This document shows positions 11,224-21,483 of a stretch of 64,000 nt of DNA, piece after piece. The notes beneath the pieces were generated by a model. The model searched no databases. It was given only the letters and a program-made list of their open reading frames with translations, and was not told the DNA's origin. Source of the DNA: a bacterium (GTDB taxonomy: Bacteria; Cyanobacteriota; Vampirovibrionia; Gastranaerophilales; JBAXKC01); the NCBI GenBank assembly GCA_037137535.1, contig JBAXKC010000007.1, positions 1 to 64,000 on the forward strand, given 5' to 3'. Numbering within the stretch: the stretch's first letter is position 1; each line of letters opens with the position of its first letter. The position numbers were made by a program, and so were the translations under genes.

Positions 11224-12647
11224 ATGTTAAATGAGTCGTTCAATTCGGAGAATTTTCGAAAAAACGGGCATGCAATAGTTGATAAACTTGCTAATTACAT
11301 GAAAAACCTTGAAGACAATCAGATTAATGAAGTTTTACCTCCAATTACTCCTAAACAAATGTTGTTAAATTGGGATAATAATTTTCAAACAAAAGATTTT
11401 TCTTTAGATAAATTTACAGATGAAATTATTACACAGTCAAATCATCTGCATCATCCTAAATACATAGGGCATCAGGTCAGCGCTCCTCTGCCTTTGGCTT
11501 CACTGTTTGATATGATGTCTTCTCTTTTAAACAATGGAGCTGCTATTTATGAAATGGGACCTGTTTCAACAATAATGGAAAAAGAGTTATAGAATGGATG
11601 TCATCAAAAATAGGTTATGGAAGTAATTCTGACGGCTTTTTTACTTCCGGTGGAACTCTTGGAAACTTAACGGCCCTTTTAGCAGCAAGACAGGCAAAGT
11701 TCTCTTACGATATATGGACGGAAGGCATTAAAACAGAAGAAAAACCAGCATTTTTCGTTTCAAAACTTGCACATTACAGTATAAAACGTGCCGTTCAAAT
11801 TATGGGATTTGGCGAAACCTCAGTAATTCCTGTTGAAGTCAATTCAGAATATTCTATGGATATAAATGACCTTCAAAATAAATATGCTCATGCAATATCA
11901 GAGGGAATGACACCTGTTTGCGTTGCGGCAAGTTCTTGTTGCACTCCGACAGGAAGTTATGACGATTTAAATGCTATCGCTGATTTTTGTGAGCAAAATA
12001 ACCTATGGATGCATATTGACGGGGCTCATGGGGCTTCGGCATTATTGTCGGACAAATACAAACAATTATTATCAGGAGCTGAAAGAGCTGATTCTATAGC
12101 ATGGGATGCTCATAAAATGATGCTCATGCCTGCATTAATAACAGCAGTTATCTTCAAAAACGGTGATAACTCTTATGAATCCTTTTCGCAAAAGGCTTCA
12201 TACCTCTTTGAAAATGAGGCAAAAGATGAATGGTATAATCTAGCTCATAGAACAATGGAATGTACTAAAACCTCTATGATCTTTAAACTTTATGGCTGCT
12301 TAAAGCTATACGGAGAAAAGTTTTTTGGTGAGTTTATTGATTATGTATATGACTTAACAAAAACCTTTTCGGAAATAATTAATGAAACTGACGATTTTGA
12401 AACAGTAATGATGCCTCAAGCAAATATTATCTGCTTTAAACATATACCATCCTACGATTGTGATATTAATGAACATCAAAAACAAATAAGACGAAAACTT
12501 TTAAACCTTGGAAACTATTACATAGTGCAAACAAACATCGAAAGTAATTCTTATTTAAGATGTACTATTATAAACCCATTGACCAAATTAGAAGATTTAA
12601 AAGAACTTCTTGAAGATATCAGAAAAATAGCCATTAGGATGGATTAA
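11224..12647 (+). pseudogene. Group II PLP-dependent decarboxylase (DDC/GAD-like), split by a 1-nt frameshift
   Basis: ORFs 11224..11592 (HHPKYIGHQ) and 11598..12647 (TSGGTLGN, HIDGAHG, DAHK) join as MEKRVIEWMSSK if one A is added to the A5 run at 11579-11583. Confidence 0.85.
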
Positions 12648-12720
12648 ACCCACAAATAAAGCAAAGCAAATAAAAATATCGAATTAATTTTAATAATTTT
12701 TGTTACAATTAATTTTAAAG

Positions 12721-12758
12721 CTGGAAAGAATTTTAAAATAATTTCCAGTTTTTGTTTT
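12721..12758 (+). terminator. Probable terminator or palindromic operator upstream of 12807
   Basis: Imperfect palindrome CTGGAAA..ATTTTAAAAT..TTTCCAG followed by TTTTTGTTTT. Confidence 0.45.
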
Positions 12759-12806
12759 AATAATTAGTATAAAAATTCATTATATTTTATAAGGAAAAAG
12801 AAACTT

Positions 12807-13169
12807 ATGAATGCAACACCAATAAAAACATTTGCAAGTCCTATATGTAATGAGATTGCTACAACGGCAAGGGGAATAACTCAAAAATTAACAAAGAATA
12901 TTAAAGCTGTTGAACCGGATATTTTAGAGCTAGGCGGTAAAGTTACTCAATTAAAACCTCCGACTAATTGTACGAATGCTGAAGTTTCAGAATTAATTCC
13001 AATCTGTAATGAGGCTGGTGATATGTTATTAAAAAAAGCCTGTGCTGAAATAAGTAATAAAACACAACAGCCTTTATCTCAGCTCTTTAGAGAAACAGTT
13101 CAAATGCCTTTAAGAAATATTTTAATGCCTGCCTTTTCAATGCTTCAAAGTTTTATGAAAAAGGTATAA
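12807..13169 (+). CDS. Hypothetical protein
   Basis: 120-aa ORF with AAGGA RBS; no recognisable domain. Confidence 0.6.
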   Translation: MNATPIKTFASPICNEIATTARGITQKLTKNIKAVEPDILELGGKVTQLKPPTNCTNAEVSELIPICNEAGDMLLKKACAEISNKTQQPLSQLFRETVQMPLRNILMPAFSMLQSFMKKV

Positions 13170-13312
13170 TAAAAACGAGAAGTCCCACCATAATGAGTGA
13201 AAACTCACACTATGACATTATGAAATATATCAGAAAAATAGCATGAAAAAATAAGACTATCAGTCTGCCATATTAAGGTATTAAAAAAGCTCTGAATAAT
13301 TACATTGGCTTA

Positions 13313-13354
13313 TTGACTAACTAAGTTGTTATAATTATAGTTACTATAACAACT
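13313..13354 (+). promoter_or_regulatory. Sigma-70 promoter with overlapping inverted-repeat operator for the efflux operon
   Basis: TTGACT-N17-TATAGT; perfect inverted repeat AGTTGTTATA-N11-TATAACAACT at 13324-13354. Confidence 0.65.
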
Positions 13355-13375
13355 ATTTTTTTTGAGAAATAAGCA

Positions 13376-14707
13376 ATGGAAGAAAATTCGTCCGAAAAGC
13401 CAACTAAAAAAAATCATTTAAAAAAAAGATATATTATAGCAATAGTTATATCAGTAATTTTTATTGCAGTTCTTATCATTTATTTTTTAAATTATGGCAA
13501 AGAATCAACGGACGATGCTTTTATAGACGGTCATATCATACAGATAAGCCCTGAAATTTCAGGTAATATTGTAAAACTTCTTGTTAAAGATAATCAACAT
13601 GTCAAAAAAGGCGATTTATTACTTGAAATTGATCCGACAGATTATCAAGTAGCTCTAACTGAAGCAAAGGCAAAACTTCAAAACATATTGGCTCAAAAAG
13701 AAATTTCTAATAAAAACCTTGATGTTACTAAAATAACTTCGGTAGCTAATTATCAACAAGCTATTGCGGGTGTTGATTTTTCACAATTTGGAATAAGTGA
13801 AATGGTCTTTGCTGGGCAGTCTACAAAAGCACAATTAAGTTCTATTGAACAGGATATAAATAGCCAACAAGAACTTATAAATGAGGCTTCAGCTTCAATT
13901 GATGAAGAAAAAGCTAACCTTGATTTGTCAAAACATGATTATGATCGTTATAAAAGCCTCTATAGCGAAGGGGCTGTTTCCAAGCAATTTTTTGATAATG
14001 CTTTAAAGTCTTTGCAGGTAAGTGAATCAAGGGTAAAATCTTCTACAAACAGAAAAAATGCCTTAGAATATAACTATAAATCTTTACTGGCAAAGAAATT
14101 AGCAATTATTGCAAACATAAAACAAAGTCAGGCAAAAGTTTCTGAAACAAAAGCAGGGTTAAGCCAGTCACAAGGTAAATTAAAAGCAGTAAGTACAGTT
14201 AAACAGCTTGTTGATATAAGTAAATTACAGGTGAAAGCCGCTAAAGCTCAGGTAAATCAACTAAAGGCAGAAGTAAAACAGGCAGAGTTGGATTTGGGAA
14301 AAACAAAAATTTATGCCCCTGCTGATGGCTATATAAGTAAAAGATTAGTTGAAAAAGGAATGTTTACAGACAAAGGAATGATATTATTTGCTATAGTTCC
14401 CGTTAATGTATGGGTTACTGCAAATTTTAAAGAAAATCAGCTTAAACATATTAAAATAGGACAAAAAGTTAAAATAAAAGTGGATGCTTATCCCTATGAA
14501 AAATATTTTGGACATGTTGAAAGTTTACAATATGGAACAGGTGCGAAATTCAGTTTATTTCCACCCGAGAATGCTGTTGGAAGTTATGTAAAAGTTGTTC
14601 AAAGAGTCCCCGTAAAAATAGTGTTTGATAAAAAATCGGATAATGCCCCGCCACTAGTACCGGGAATGTCCGTAATACCAGAGGTATATACAAAAAAATG
14701 GAAATGA
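13376..14707 (+). CDS. emrA: EmrA/HlyD family membrane-fusion protein
   Basis: STDDAFIDG, VKKGDLLLEID, WVTANFKE, FSLFPPENAVGSYVKVVQRVPVKI. Confidence 0.9.
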   Translation: MEENSSEKPTKKNHLKKRYIIAIVISVIFIAVLIIYFLNYGKESTDDAFIDGHIIQISPEISGNIVKLLVKDNQHVKKGDLLLEIDPTDYQVALTEAKAKLQNILAQKEISNKNLDVTKITSVANYQQAIAGVDFSQFGISEMVFAGQSTKAQLSSIEQDINSQQELINEASASIDEEKANLDLSKHDYDRYKSLYSEGAVSKQFFDNALKSLQVSESRVKSSTNRKNALEYNYKSLLAKKLAIIANIKQSQAKVSETKAGLSQSQGKLKAVSTVKQLVDISKLQVKAAKAQVNQLKAEVKQAELDLGKTKIYAPADGYISKRLVEKGMFTDKGMILFAIVPVNVWVTANFKENQLKHIKIGQKVKIKVDAYPYEKYFGHVESLQYGTGAKFSLFPPENAVGSYVKVVQRVPVKIVFDKKSDNAPPLVPGMSVIPEVYTKKWK

Positions 14708-16272
14708 TTGAAACACCCGATGAGGGAAGCAGTAATATAGATTTTAAACCGTTAGTTAATCCTTGGATTATAGCGTTTTCGGTTATGTTAGCAACTTTTA
14801 TGGAAGTTTTAGATACGACCGTTGCAAACGTAGCATTACCAAGCATTGCAGGAAGTTTTTCCGCCAGCAATGAAGAATCAACATGGGCTTTAACCAGTTA
14901 TCTTGTATCAAATGCAATAGTTTTGCCTGCTACGGCATGGTTAAGTTCTGTTTTCGGGCGAAAAAACTTTTTTATAGGCTGTATTGTACTTTTTTCCGTT
15001 GCTTCTCTTTTATGCGGAATGGCTGACAGCCTTCATACACTTATATTTATGAGAATTTTACAAGGTATCGGAGGTGGAGCTTTACAACCAGTTTCGCAAT
15101 CAATTTTACTTGAAAGTTTCCCTCCTAATAAACGTGGACTTGCTACGGCAGTATTTGCTTTAGGTGTAGTCGTTGCACCAATACTAGGGCCATTTCTAGG
15201 CGGTTGGATTACAGATAATTTCAGTTGGAGATGGATATTCTTTATTAATCTTCCTGTTGGAATTATTGCAACATTGATGTCGGTGCTATACATTCGAGAT
15301 ACGAAACAATCTTCCTCACAAAAAGTTAAAAGCATTGACTACATAGGGTTTGGGCTAATGGCTCTGGCCATTGCATCATTGCAGATTTTCCTTGATAAAG
15401 GTCAACAACTTGACTGGTTTTCAAGTAGATTTATTACGTTTACAGCCATTACAAGTTTAGTTTCCTTTATCGTATTTATAATATGGGAATTAAAAGTAGA
15501 AGAACCTATTGTAAACTTAAAAGTCTTTAAAAACAGGAATTTAACAGTAGGAATTTTATCAATTACAGCACTAGGAGCTGTTTTATACGGAACAATCGTC
15601 CTTATGCCTTTATTCTTACAGACAATATTAGGATATACTGCCCAATTAAGCGGTATGGCAATAAGCCCGAGGGGAATAGGTTCATTTTTATGTATTCTTG
15701 TTATCGGAAAATTTATTGATAGATATGACGGAAGAATCTTTTGCGCAGTTGGATTTGTTATTTTAGGCATTGCCTGTTTTCTACTCGCAAATATAAATTT
15801 AAGTATTGATATGGCTTCGGTGGTTATTCCTAATATTTTATCGGGTGTAGCAATGGGTTTAATCTTTGTTCCTCTTACTACGCTTAGCTTTGGCACATTA
15901 AAACAACAAGAATTCGGAACAGCAGCAGGTTTATTTAACTTAATGAGGAATATTGGCGGTAGCGTAGGGATTTCCCTTGTTAATACACTTTTACACCGTT
16001 TTAGCCAAACTCATCAAAATTATCTTGTAGATAAACTAAATCCTTATAATCCTGTATTTCAACAAAAAGTCGGCCAATTAACAACAAATTTCAGTCATTA
16101 TACAGATCCTGCCCATGCTACTTATTTAGCAGAGGCAGTAATCCATAGAAATTTAATTATTCAGTCTACTTTATCGGCTTTTGTCGATAATTTAAGACTT
16201 TTTGGTTTTTTGTGCTTTATTGTTGTTCCATTGGCTTTTCTTTTCAACAAAGTTTCTAAGAAAAAAGCTTAA
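14698..16272 (+). CDS. emrB: DHA2 (EmrB/QacA) MFS efflux permease
   Basis: FMEVLDTTVANVALP, WRWIFFINLPVG, FNLMRNIGGS; many TM helices. Confidence 0.92.
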   Translation: MEMIETPDEGSSNIDFKPLVNPWIIAFSVMLATFMEVLDTTVANVALPSIAGSFSASNEESTWALTSYLVSNAIVLPATAWLSSVFGRKNFFIGCIVLFSVASLLCGMADSLHTLIFMRILQGIGGGALQPVSQSILLESFPPNKRGLATAVFALGVVVAPILGPFLGGWITDNFSWRWIFFINLPVGIIATLMSVLYIRDTKQSSSQKVKSIDYIGFGLMALAIASLQIFLDKGQQLDWFSSRFITFTAITSLVSFIVFIIWELKVEEPIVNLKVFKNRNLTVGILSITALGAVLYGTIVLMPLFLQTILGYTAQLSGMAISPRGIGSFLCILVIGKFIDRYDGRIFCAVGFVILGIACFLLANINLSIDMASVVIPNILSGVAMGLIFVPLTTLSFGTLKQQEFGTAAGLFNLMRNIGGSVGISLVNTLLHRFSQTHQNYLVDKLNPYNPVFQQKVGQLTTNFSHYTDPAHATYLAEAVIHRNLIIQSTLSAFVDNLRLFGFLCFIVVPLAFLFNKVSKKKA

Positions 16273-17969
16273 TACAATATTCCTAATTTTTTCTCATAAA
16301 CTACACCTTGTTCTGTTCTAGGATCAGAAACGCCTTTAAGCGACTGTTTATTTTGATTTAACTCAATTGCCTGAATATTCCAGTAAAATCTTGACCAAAC
16401 TGATTTGTTATCTTTAGGGAAGTTATAATTGTATTTATCTTCAAGAGTTTTCTGAGTTTTTTCATCAATTAAGGATTTTTCAGCATAAACTTCATCTGGC
16501 ATCCATTGATGGTGAACTCTTCCTGCGGCTACAGCTTGCTCAACAGTCATTTGATTATCTATATAAGCCAGTAAAGTGTTGAATACGGCACTTATAATAG
16601 TAGGTCCACCAGGACTGCCTAATGCTAATACAGGTTTATCATTATCAAAAACTATTGTCGGACTCATTGAACTTAGTGGAGTTTTATCGGGAGCAGGAAA
16701 ATTTTTATCATTTCCTATAAGTCCGAATTGATTAGGTTTTGAATCAGGTAAACTAAAATCATCAAGAGTATTATTTAATAATATTCCCGTGTCAGGAACT
16801 ACAAATTTTGAACCTAAATGACCGTTAAGTGACATTGTCATTGCCACAATGTTTCCATCTTTATCCGCTACCGTAAAGTGCGTTGTTTGAGGTTTTTCAG
16901 CTGTTTCATAAACTTTTGACGACGGTATAGCTTTTTCAGAGGTTTTAATTCTTTCAGCAATTTTTTTAGCATAATCTTTTGACGTTAATTCATTTATATT
17001 AAGGTCTTTATTAAATCTCGGATCTCCAAGCTTTGTGGCTCTGTCTGCAAAGCTGAATTTTAATGCCTCTATTACATAATGAATTCTTTCAGGCGATGTA
17101 TATTGATATGAAGGCATATTAAAGTTTTCAAGGATATTAAGCGCTTCGATAATACAAACTCCACCCGAACTTGGAGGAGGGAAAGAACAGATTTTTTTAC
17201 CTCTATACGTTGAACAAATAGGCTGAACTTCATGAACTTTATAATTTTTTAAATCATTTAAAGTTAAGAAACCTCCAACTTTTTGAGCTTCGTCTGTTAT
17301 TGTTTTAGCCAATCCACCCTCGTAAAATTCTTGAGTTCCGCCTTTTTCAATTTTTTCTAAACTGTTAGCAAGGTCTATTTGTTTAATAACATCACCTATT
17401 TGAGGAACTTTATCATTTGGCAGATATATTTTCTTTGTAGATTCAAACTTTCTTATATTCTCCTGTTGTACTGTAATAGCATAATTCAAGGTTTTATTTA
17501 CAGGAAAACCCTGTCTTGCAACCTTTATAACAGGTTCGATATCTTGTTTTCTATCTAATTTGCCGTATTTTTTTCTTAAATATTCTAATCCCGCCACAGT
17601 TCCGGGAATTCCTGCCGCTTTTGGTCCTATTCTGAATTCATAAGGATATTTATTAATATTTTGCGGAGCTCTTTCTCTAAAATCAACTGCAATAAGTTTT
17701 TTAGTTTTAGCTAAATATATTAACGCAAAACCTCCTCCACCTATTCCAGAGCCTTGAGGTTCAACAACACCAATTGTATAGCCTGTTCCAATGGCCGCAT
17801 CAATTGCATTTCCGCCTTTAGCCAGTATGTCTGCACCTACTTTGCTTGCTATTTCATTTTTAGAAACAACAACACCTTGAGAAAACTGTTGTTTTGCTTC
17901 TACTTGTAAACATTGCAATAACAAAATTACAGTTATTAATTTAATAAAAAAGAATTTAACTCTTTGCAT
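16269..17969 (-). CDS. ggt: Gamma-glutamyltransferase
   Basis: Signal peptide, GGNAIDAA, GIGGGGF, PPPSSGG, QTTHFTVAD (catalytic Thr), PLSSMSPT, GSPGG. Confidence 0.95.
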   Translation of the reverse strand: MQRVKFFFIKLITVILLLQCLQVEAKQQFSQGVVVSKNEIASKVGADILAKGGNAIDAAIGTGYTIGVVEPQGSGIGGGGFALIYLAKTKKLIAVDFRERAPQNINKYPYEFRIGPKAAGIPGTVAGLEYLRKKYGKLDRKQDIEPVIKVARQGFPVNKTLNYAITVQQENIRKFESTKKIYLPNDKVPQIGDVIKQIDLANSLEKIEKGGTQEFYEGGLAKTITDEAQKVGGFLTLNDLKNYKVHEVQPICSTYRGKKICSFPPPSSGGVCIIEALNILENFNMPSYQYTSPERIHYVIEALKFSFADRATKLGDPRFNKDLNINELTSKDYAKKIAERIKTSEKAIPSSKVYETAEKPQTTHFTVADKDGNIVAMTMSLNGHLGSKFVVPDTGILLNNTLDDFSLPDSKPNQFGLIGNDKNFPAPDKTPLSSMSPTIVFDNDKPVLALGSPGGPTIISAVFNTLLAYIDNQMTVEQAVAAGRVHHQWMPDEVYAEKSLIDEKTQKTLEDKYNYNFPKDNKSVWSRFYWNIQAIELNQNKQSLKGVSDPRTEQGVVYEKKLGILY

Positions 17970-18016
17970 ACATATCCTATTCTATAATCCGCTAAACTTT
18001 TCTATTATATAACAAT

Positions 18017-18044
18017 AAAAAAAGCGACAGATTATCTCTGCCGC
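18017..18044 (-). terminator. Terminator of 18065..19666
   Basis: Minus strand GCGGCAGA-gataa-TCTGTCGC-TTTTTTT. Confidence 0.7.
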
Positions 18045-18064
18045 CATTTTTCTAAGTATAATAA

Positions 18065-19666
18065 TTATTCTTCAATAACTAAAATATTACCTTTGATTGA
18101 ACCGTTTGATTGTGCTAAATAATCTTCAACAACCGCTCTTGAATTATCACCTGTGTAAACAACACCTGTCTGTTTATCAACGTTCTTTTCAAAGTTCTTT
18201 TTAACTTCATTAGGGACATGGTATTTTCCGTTTACAACATCTCTAGAACCTTGAATGATAGCGTTTGATGTTCCAAAATCATCCCAATTACCATGAGCAA
18301 CATGAGCAACCACTTTTAATCCGTCTTTCAATGCGCCCGGGATAGCATCTTTACCGAAATCATATTCCCCTTCTTCAGGATGATGCTCAGCAAGCGACTT
18401 TAAGAATTTAGGACTTGCAATATAAATAGCAGTATTCGCAAGGTATTCGCCTTTGTGCTTACCTTCTTTAATTAATCCCATTTCAGCGGCTTCTAAATTT
18501 TTTGGTTTTTCGATGAATTTTTGAATATTTTTATCATCATCCATTCCGATAATACCAAAACCACTTACATGATCAGGAGGAACAGGAATACCGACAATCA
18601 TAAGATCTGCTTCTTTAGCATTAAATTCATCAAGAGCTTCTGTTATCTCAAAGTCAGAGAAAGCATCTGCAGAGCAAATGATTGCAGGTTTATCAGCAAG
18701 TTTTGGATCTTTTTCAATAGCTTGATAAACTGCACCTGCATTTCCCGCTTTTCCTACTTCTTTACTGAATTCAGGCTTTGTATCAGGAGCTATAACTCCA
18801 CCTTTTACTCCCATAGCAAGACTGTTATCAATCAAGTGTGAACCATCTGCCATTGCAATTGAAGGTTTGCACATTTCATTAAGTGTAATATCATTTGTTC
18901 TTGTACCAAAACCACCAGCGGTTGAAAGGAAGTTGAACTTATCAAATTTTGCATGATTTTTTTGATATTGTTTTTCAAATGCGTTGAAAATACCTTTATC
19001 AAATGAACCTTCTACATCATTTTTCAATTCTTCTGCTTTATAGGAAGTTAAAACGACTAATTTCCCTGCAAAAGAGACTTGTTTTTTAGCTGAAGGCATA
19101 TTTAACTGAACATCATCAGTTTTAACTTCTGATCCTGCTTTACAAATTAAAACAATATTTTTCCCTGGTTTATTAGGATTAGGAATTTCAATTCTGATTG
19201 CTTTTCCTGAAGCACCTGTCATTGCTTTAACAGTTACTTTATTATTATCGGTTTTCTTTTTAGCAGTTGCTACAACATTACCGTCAATATCAGTAACATA
19301 GACTTTACGCTCTCTTGTTCTTGTATCTGTATCCCATTCAACTGTTAAAGGAGCATAAATTTTATCAGGTTTTTTCCCTGCCTTAGGCTCAGTCCAATCT
19401 TTTTCTTTTTTAGGCTCATATGAACGAACTTTAGATTGTCCAAGTTGAGTGTCGCCTTCAAATATATCAACAACTCTTGAATTATCACCATCACCTTTAA
19501 ATGATATTGTTGATAAAGCCATTGATTTCAAAGCATGAGCTCCTTGTGAACTTACTAATTCTTTTTGATTTACAGTTGCTTTATTTTCTACTTGTTCATG
19601 TTTCTTTTCTGCTTTAGCTGTCTTTTGAAAAAATGCTGAAGAAACATTTGAAATTTCAAATGCCAT
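18065..19666 (-). CDS. GlgC-like sugar-phosphate nucleotidyltransferase with a long N-terminal extension carrying ISFKG and VSFAG motifs
   Basis: AGGFGTR, KPSI, GNAGAV, FGII, FIEKP, DFGKDAIP, WDDFGT; about 240-aa non-enzymatic N-terminal region. Confidence 0.8.
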   Translation of the reverse strand: MAFEISNVSSAFFQKTAKAEKKHEQVENKATVNQKELVSSQGAHALKSMALSTISFKGDGDNSRVVDIFEGDTQLGQSKVRSYEPKKEKDWTEPKAGKKPDKIYAPLTVEWDTDTRTRERKVYVTDIDGNVVATAKKKTDNNKVTVKAMTGASGKAIRIEIPNPNKPGKNIVLICKAGSEVKTDDVQLNMPSAKKQVSFAGKLVVLTSYKAEELKNDVEGSFDKGIFNAFEKQYQKNHAKFDKFNFLSTAGGFGTRTNDITLNEMCKPSIAMADGSHLIDNSLAMGVKGGVIAPDTKPEFSKEVGKAGNAGAVYQAIEKDPKLADKPAIICSADAFSDFEITEALDEFNAKEADLMIVGIPVPPDHVSGFGIIGMDDDKNIQKFIEKPKNLEAAEMGLIKEGKHKGEYLANTAIYIASPKFLKSLAEHHPEEGEYDFGKDAIPGALKDGLKVVAHVAHGNWDDFGTSNAIIQGSRDVVNGKYHVPNEVKKNFEKNVDKQTGVVYTGDNSRAVVEDYLAQSNGSIKGNILVIEE

Positions 19667-19788
19667 AATTATATTTACCTTTCTAACTCTCGAATTTGAT
19701 ACTTACTCTCTATGGTAGTATTAAAGTCAAGACAAAAAAGAACATGACACTCATAAACAAAAATGTAACAAAATCTTAATATTTTTTT

Positions 19789-20733
19789 TTATAATTTAAT
19801 ATAACTTTTAATTTTATTTTTTTCTGAAATAAATTCTGTTTGACTAACCGTCAAAGAATCTTTATTTTTTTCTGCTTTTTCAATATGGAACAAAGCATCT
19901 TCATATTCATTAGTTAGACTGAATACTCTAGCCATAGCAAAATGCAAATCACCGTTATCAGGACTTTGCATTATTGCAGATTCAATTATATCAAGTGCTT
20001 TGTCATACTCTTTCAGATAAACAAGGATTGAATAATAAGTTTTATAGGCAGCTATATCTTTAGGATTTAACTCAACAGTCTTATTTAAACAGGTCAAGGA
20101 TTCTTTTACATCACCCTTTTCATAATAAAGGCACGCTAAATTATAATAAGCCCAACTGTAGTCGGGATTTATGGCTAAAGCTTTTTGATAACCGTCAATT
20201 GCCTTATCCAGCTCTTTAAGTTTTTTATATTCAAAAGCAAGGTTAAAATAAGCAAAAGCATCCTTTGGATTATATTTTATAGTTTGCTCTAAATGATAAA
20301 TAGCCAAATCGATCATATTCTGTTTTGAATAGATACAACCTAAACAAAAATGAGTATTTGAATCCTCCAAATCAAGAGATAATGTTATTTTATATTCATT
20401 AATTGCTTCTTTTAAATTTTGCTCTTGTTCATATATAAAAGCAAGATTATAGTGATAGTCAGGCTCATCGGGAGCAAGACTTATTGCCTTTTGATAAGCC
20501 GTTTTTGCATTATTAAATAATTTCTGCTTTTCATAAACTATCCCCACATTAAAATGCAAATCTGCATTTTGAGGAAAAATTTTCAACAAAAGCTTATACT
20601 GTTCAAGCGCTTCAATTAAAAGATTTTCCTCTAAAAGAGCATCAGCATACTCTCTCCTTAGTTTATAATCGGAAGGAGTTTGACTAATTAATATTTTAAA
20701 AGTTTCTAACGTTTTCTTCTCTTTAAGATTCAT
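19789..20733 (-). CDS. Cytoplasmic TPR-repeat protein
   Basis: Repeated HFNVG / HYNLA / YFNLA / YYNLA...YQKA..L.P units. Confidence 0.9.
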   Translation of the reverse strand: MNLKEKKTLETFKILISQTPSDYKLRREYADALLEENLLIEALEQYKLLLKIFPQNADLHFNVGIVYEKQKLFNNAKTAYQKAISLAPDEPDYHYNLAFIYEQEQNLKEAINEYKITLSLDLEDSNTHFCLGCIYSKQNMIDLAIYHLEQTIKYNPKDAFAYFNLAFEYKKLKELDKAIDGYQKALAINPDYSWAYYNLACLYYEKGDVKESLTCLNKTVELNPKDIAAYKTYYSILVYLKEYDKALDIIESAIMQSPDNGDLHFAMARVFSLTNEYEDALFHIEKAEKNKDSLTVSQTEFISEKNKIKSYIKL

Positions 20734-20814
20734 ATATTAATAATACATATAAAGGTGCTTTTGTACCATAAAAAGTTTAGAACCTCTTAGTTTATACTTT
20801 TAATTTTTAATAAT

Positions 20815-21165
20815 TTATTGAATAACGCTCTTATCTAAATCTTCAATAAAAGAAATAGCAATTTGAGACAGATTTCTTTTTGTTTCAAGTGGAGAGTGTC
20901 TTAATAACTCAACAAAGATTCTAAGAATCTCATCTTCATCATACCATCTACGTCTTCTGTATTCTTGCGTTGCAAGCTTAAAAACGTCATCAGGCAACAT
21001 ATCGCAAAAAGGAGGTTTTTCTATAATTTTCTCCATTAAATAACTTGAAATTTGTCGTTTAATTACTTCCGGTAAAGTTTCCATACTTTTTACACATTTT
21101 TCGACAATCGGGTCTTCTTCGTACCATCTCTTAATTGTTGCTGAATTTTCGTCCATTTGCTGCAC
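20815..21165 (-). CDS. Hypothetical protein with two RWY[DE] repeats
   Basis: KRWYEEDP and RRWYDEDE internal duplication; GTG start. Confidence 0.7.
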   Translation of the reverse strand: MQQMDENSATIKRWYEEDPIVEKCVKSMETLPEVIKRQISSYLMEKIIEKPPFCDMLPDDVFKLATQEYRRRRWYDEDEILRIFVELLRHSPLETKRNLSQIAISFIEDLDKSVIQ

Positions 21166-21272
21166 CCCTGCAAATTATCTGTTATAACTGATAAAGTGAT
21201 TTTTACTATATAATTTTATTATAAATAGACTCTTTAAAAATTAATCAATAAGGTTAAAATATAAGGTCAACT

Positions 21273-21482
21273 ATGTATATAATTGAAATTATAGCCAAAT
21301 TTCTACAAAATCGCAAAGAAAAAAAACAACTGAATATAGATTTGGATGAAGAACTTGAAAGCTGCGAACATATTTATGTTGCTATAGATAGCTCGAAAAC
21401 CTATCTGGCCTGTTACAAATGCGGAAATTTAATAGAAAATAATGGTGAAATAAAAATTAACAAAAATCCTTTCAGTCTTTAA
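21273..21482 (+). CDS. Small hypothetical protein, possible Zn-binding
   Basis: AAGG RBS; CEH...CYKC. Confidence 0.55.
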   Translation: MYIIEIIAKFLQNRKEKKQLNIDLDEELESCEHIYVAIDSSKTYLACYKCGNLIENNGEIKINKNPFSL

Positions 21483-21483
21483 A

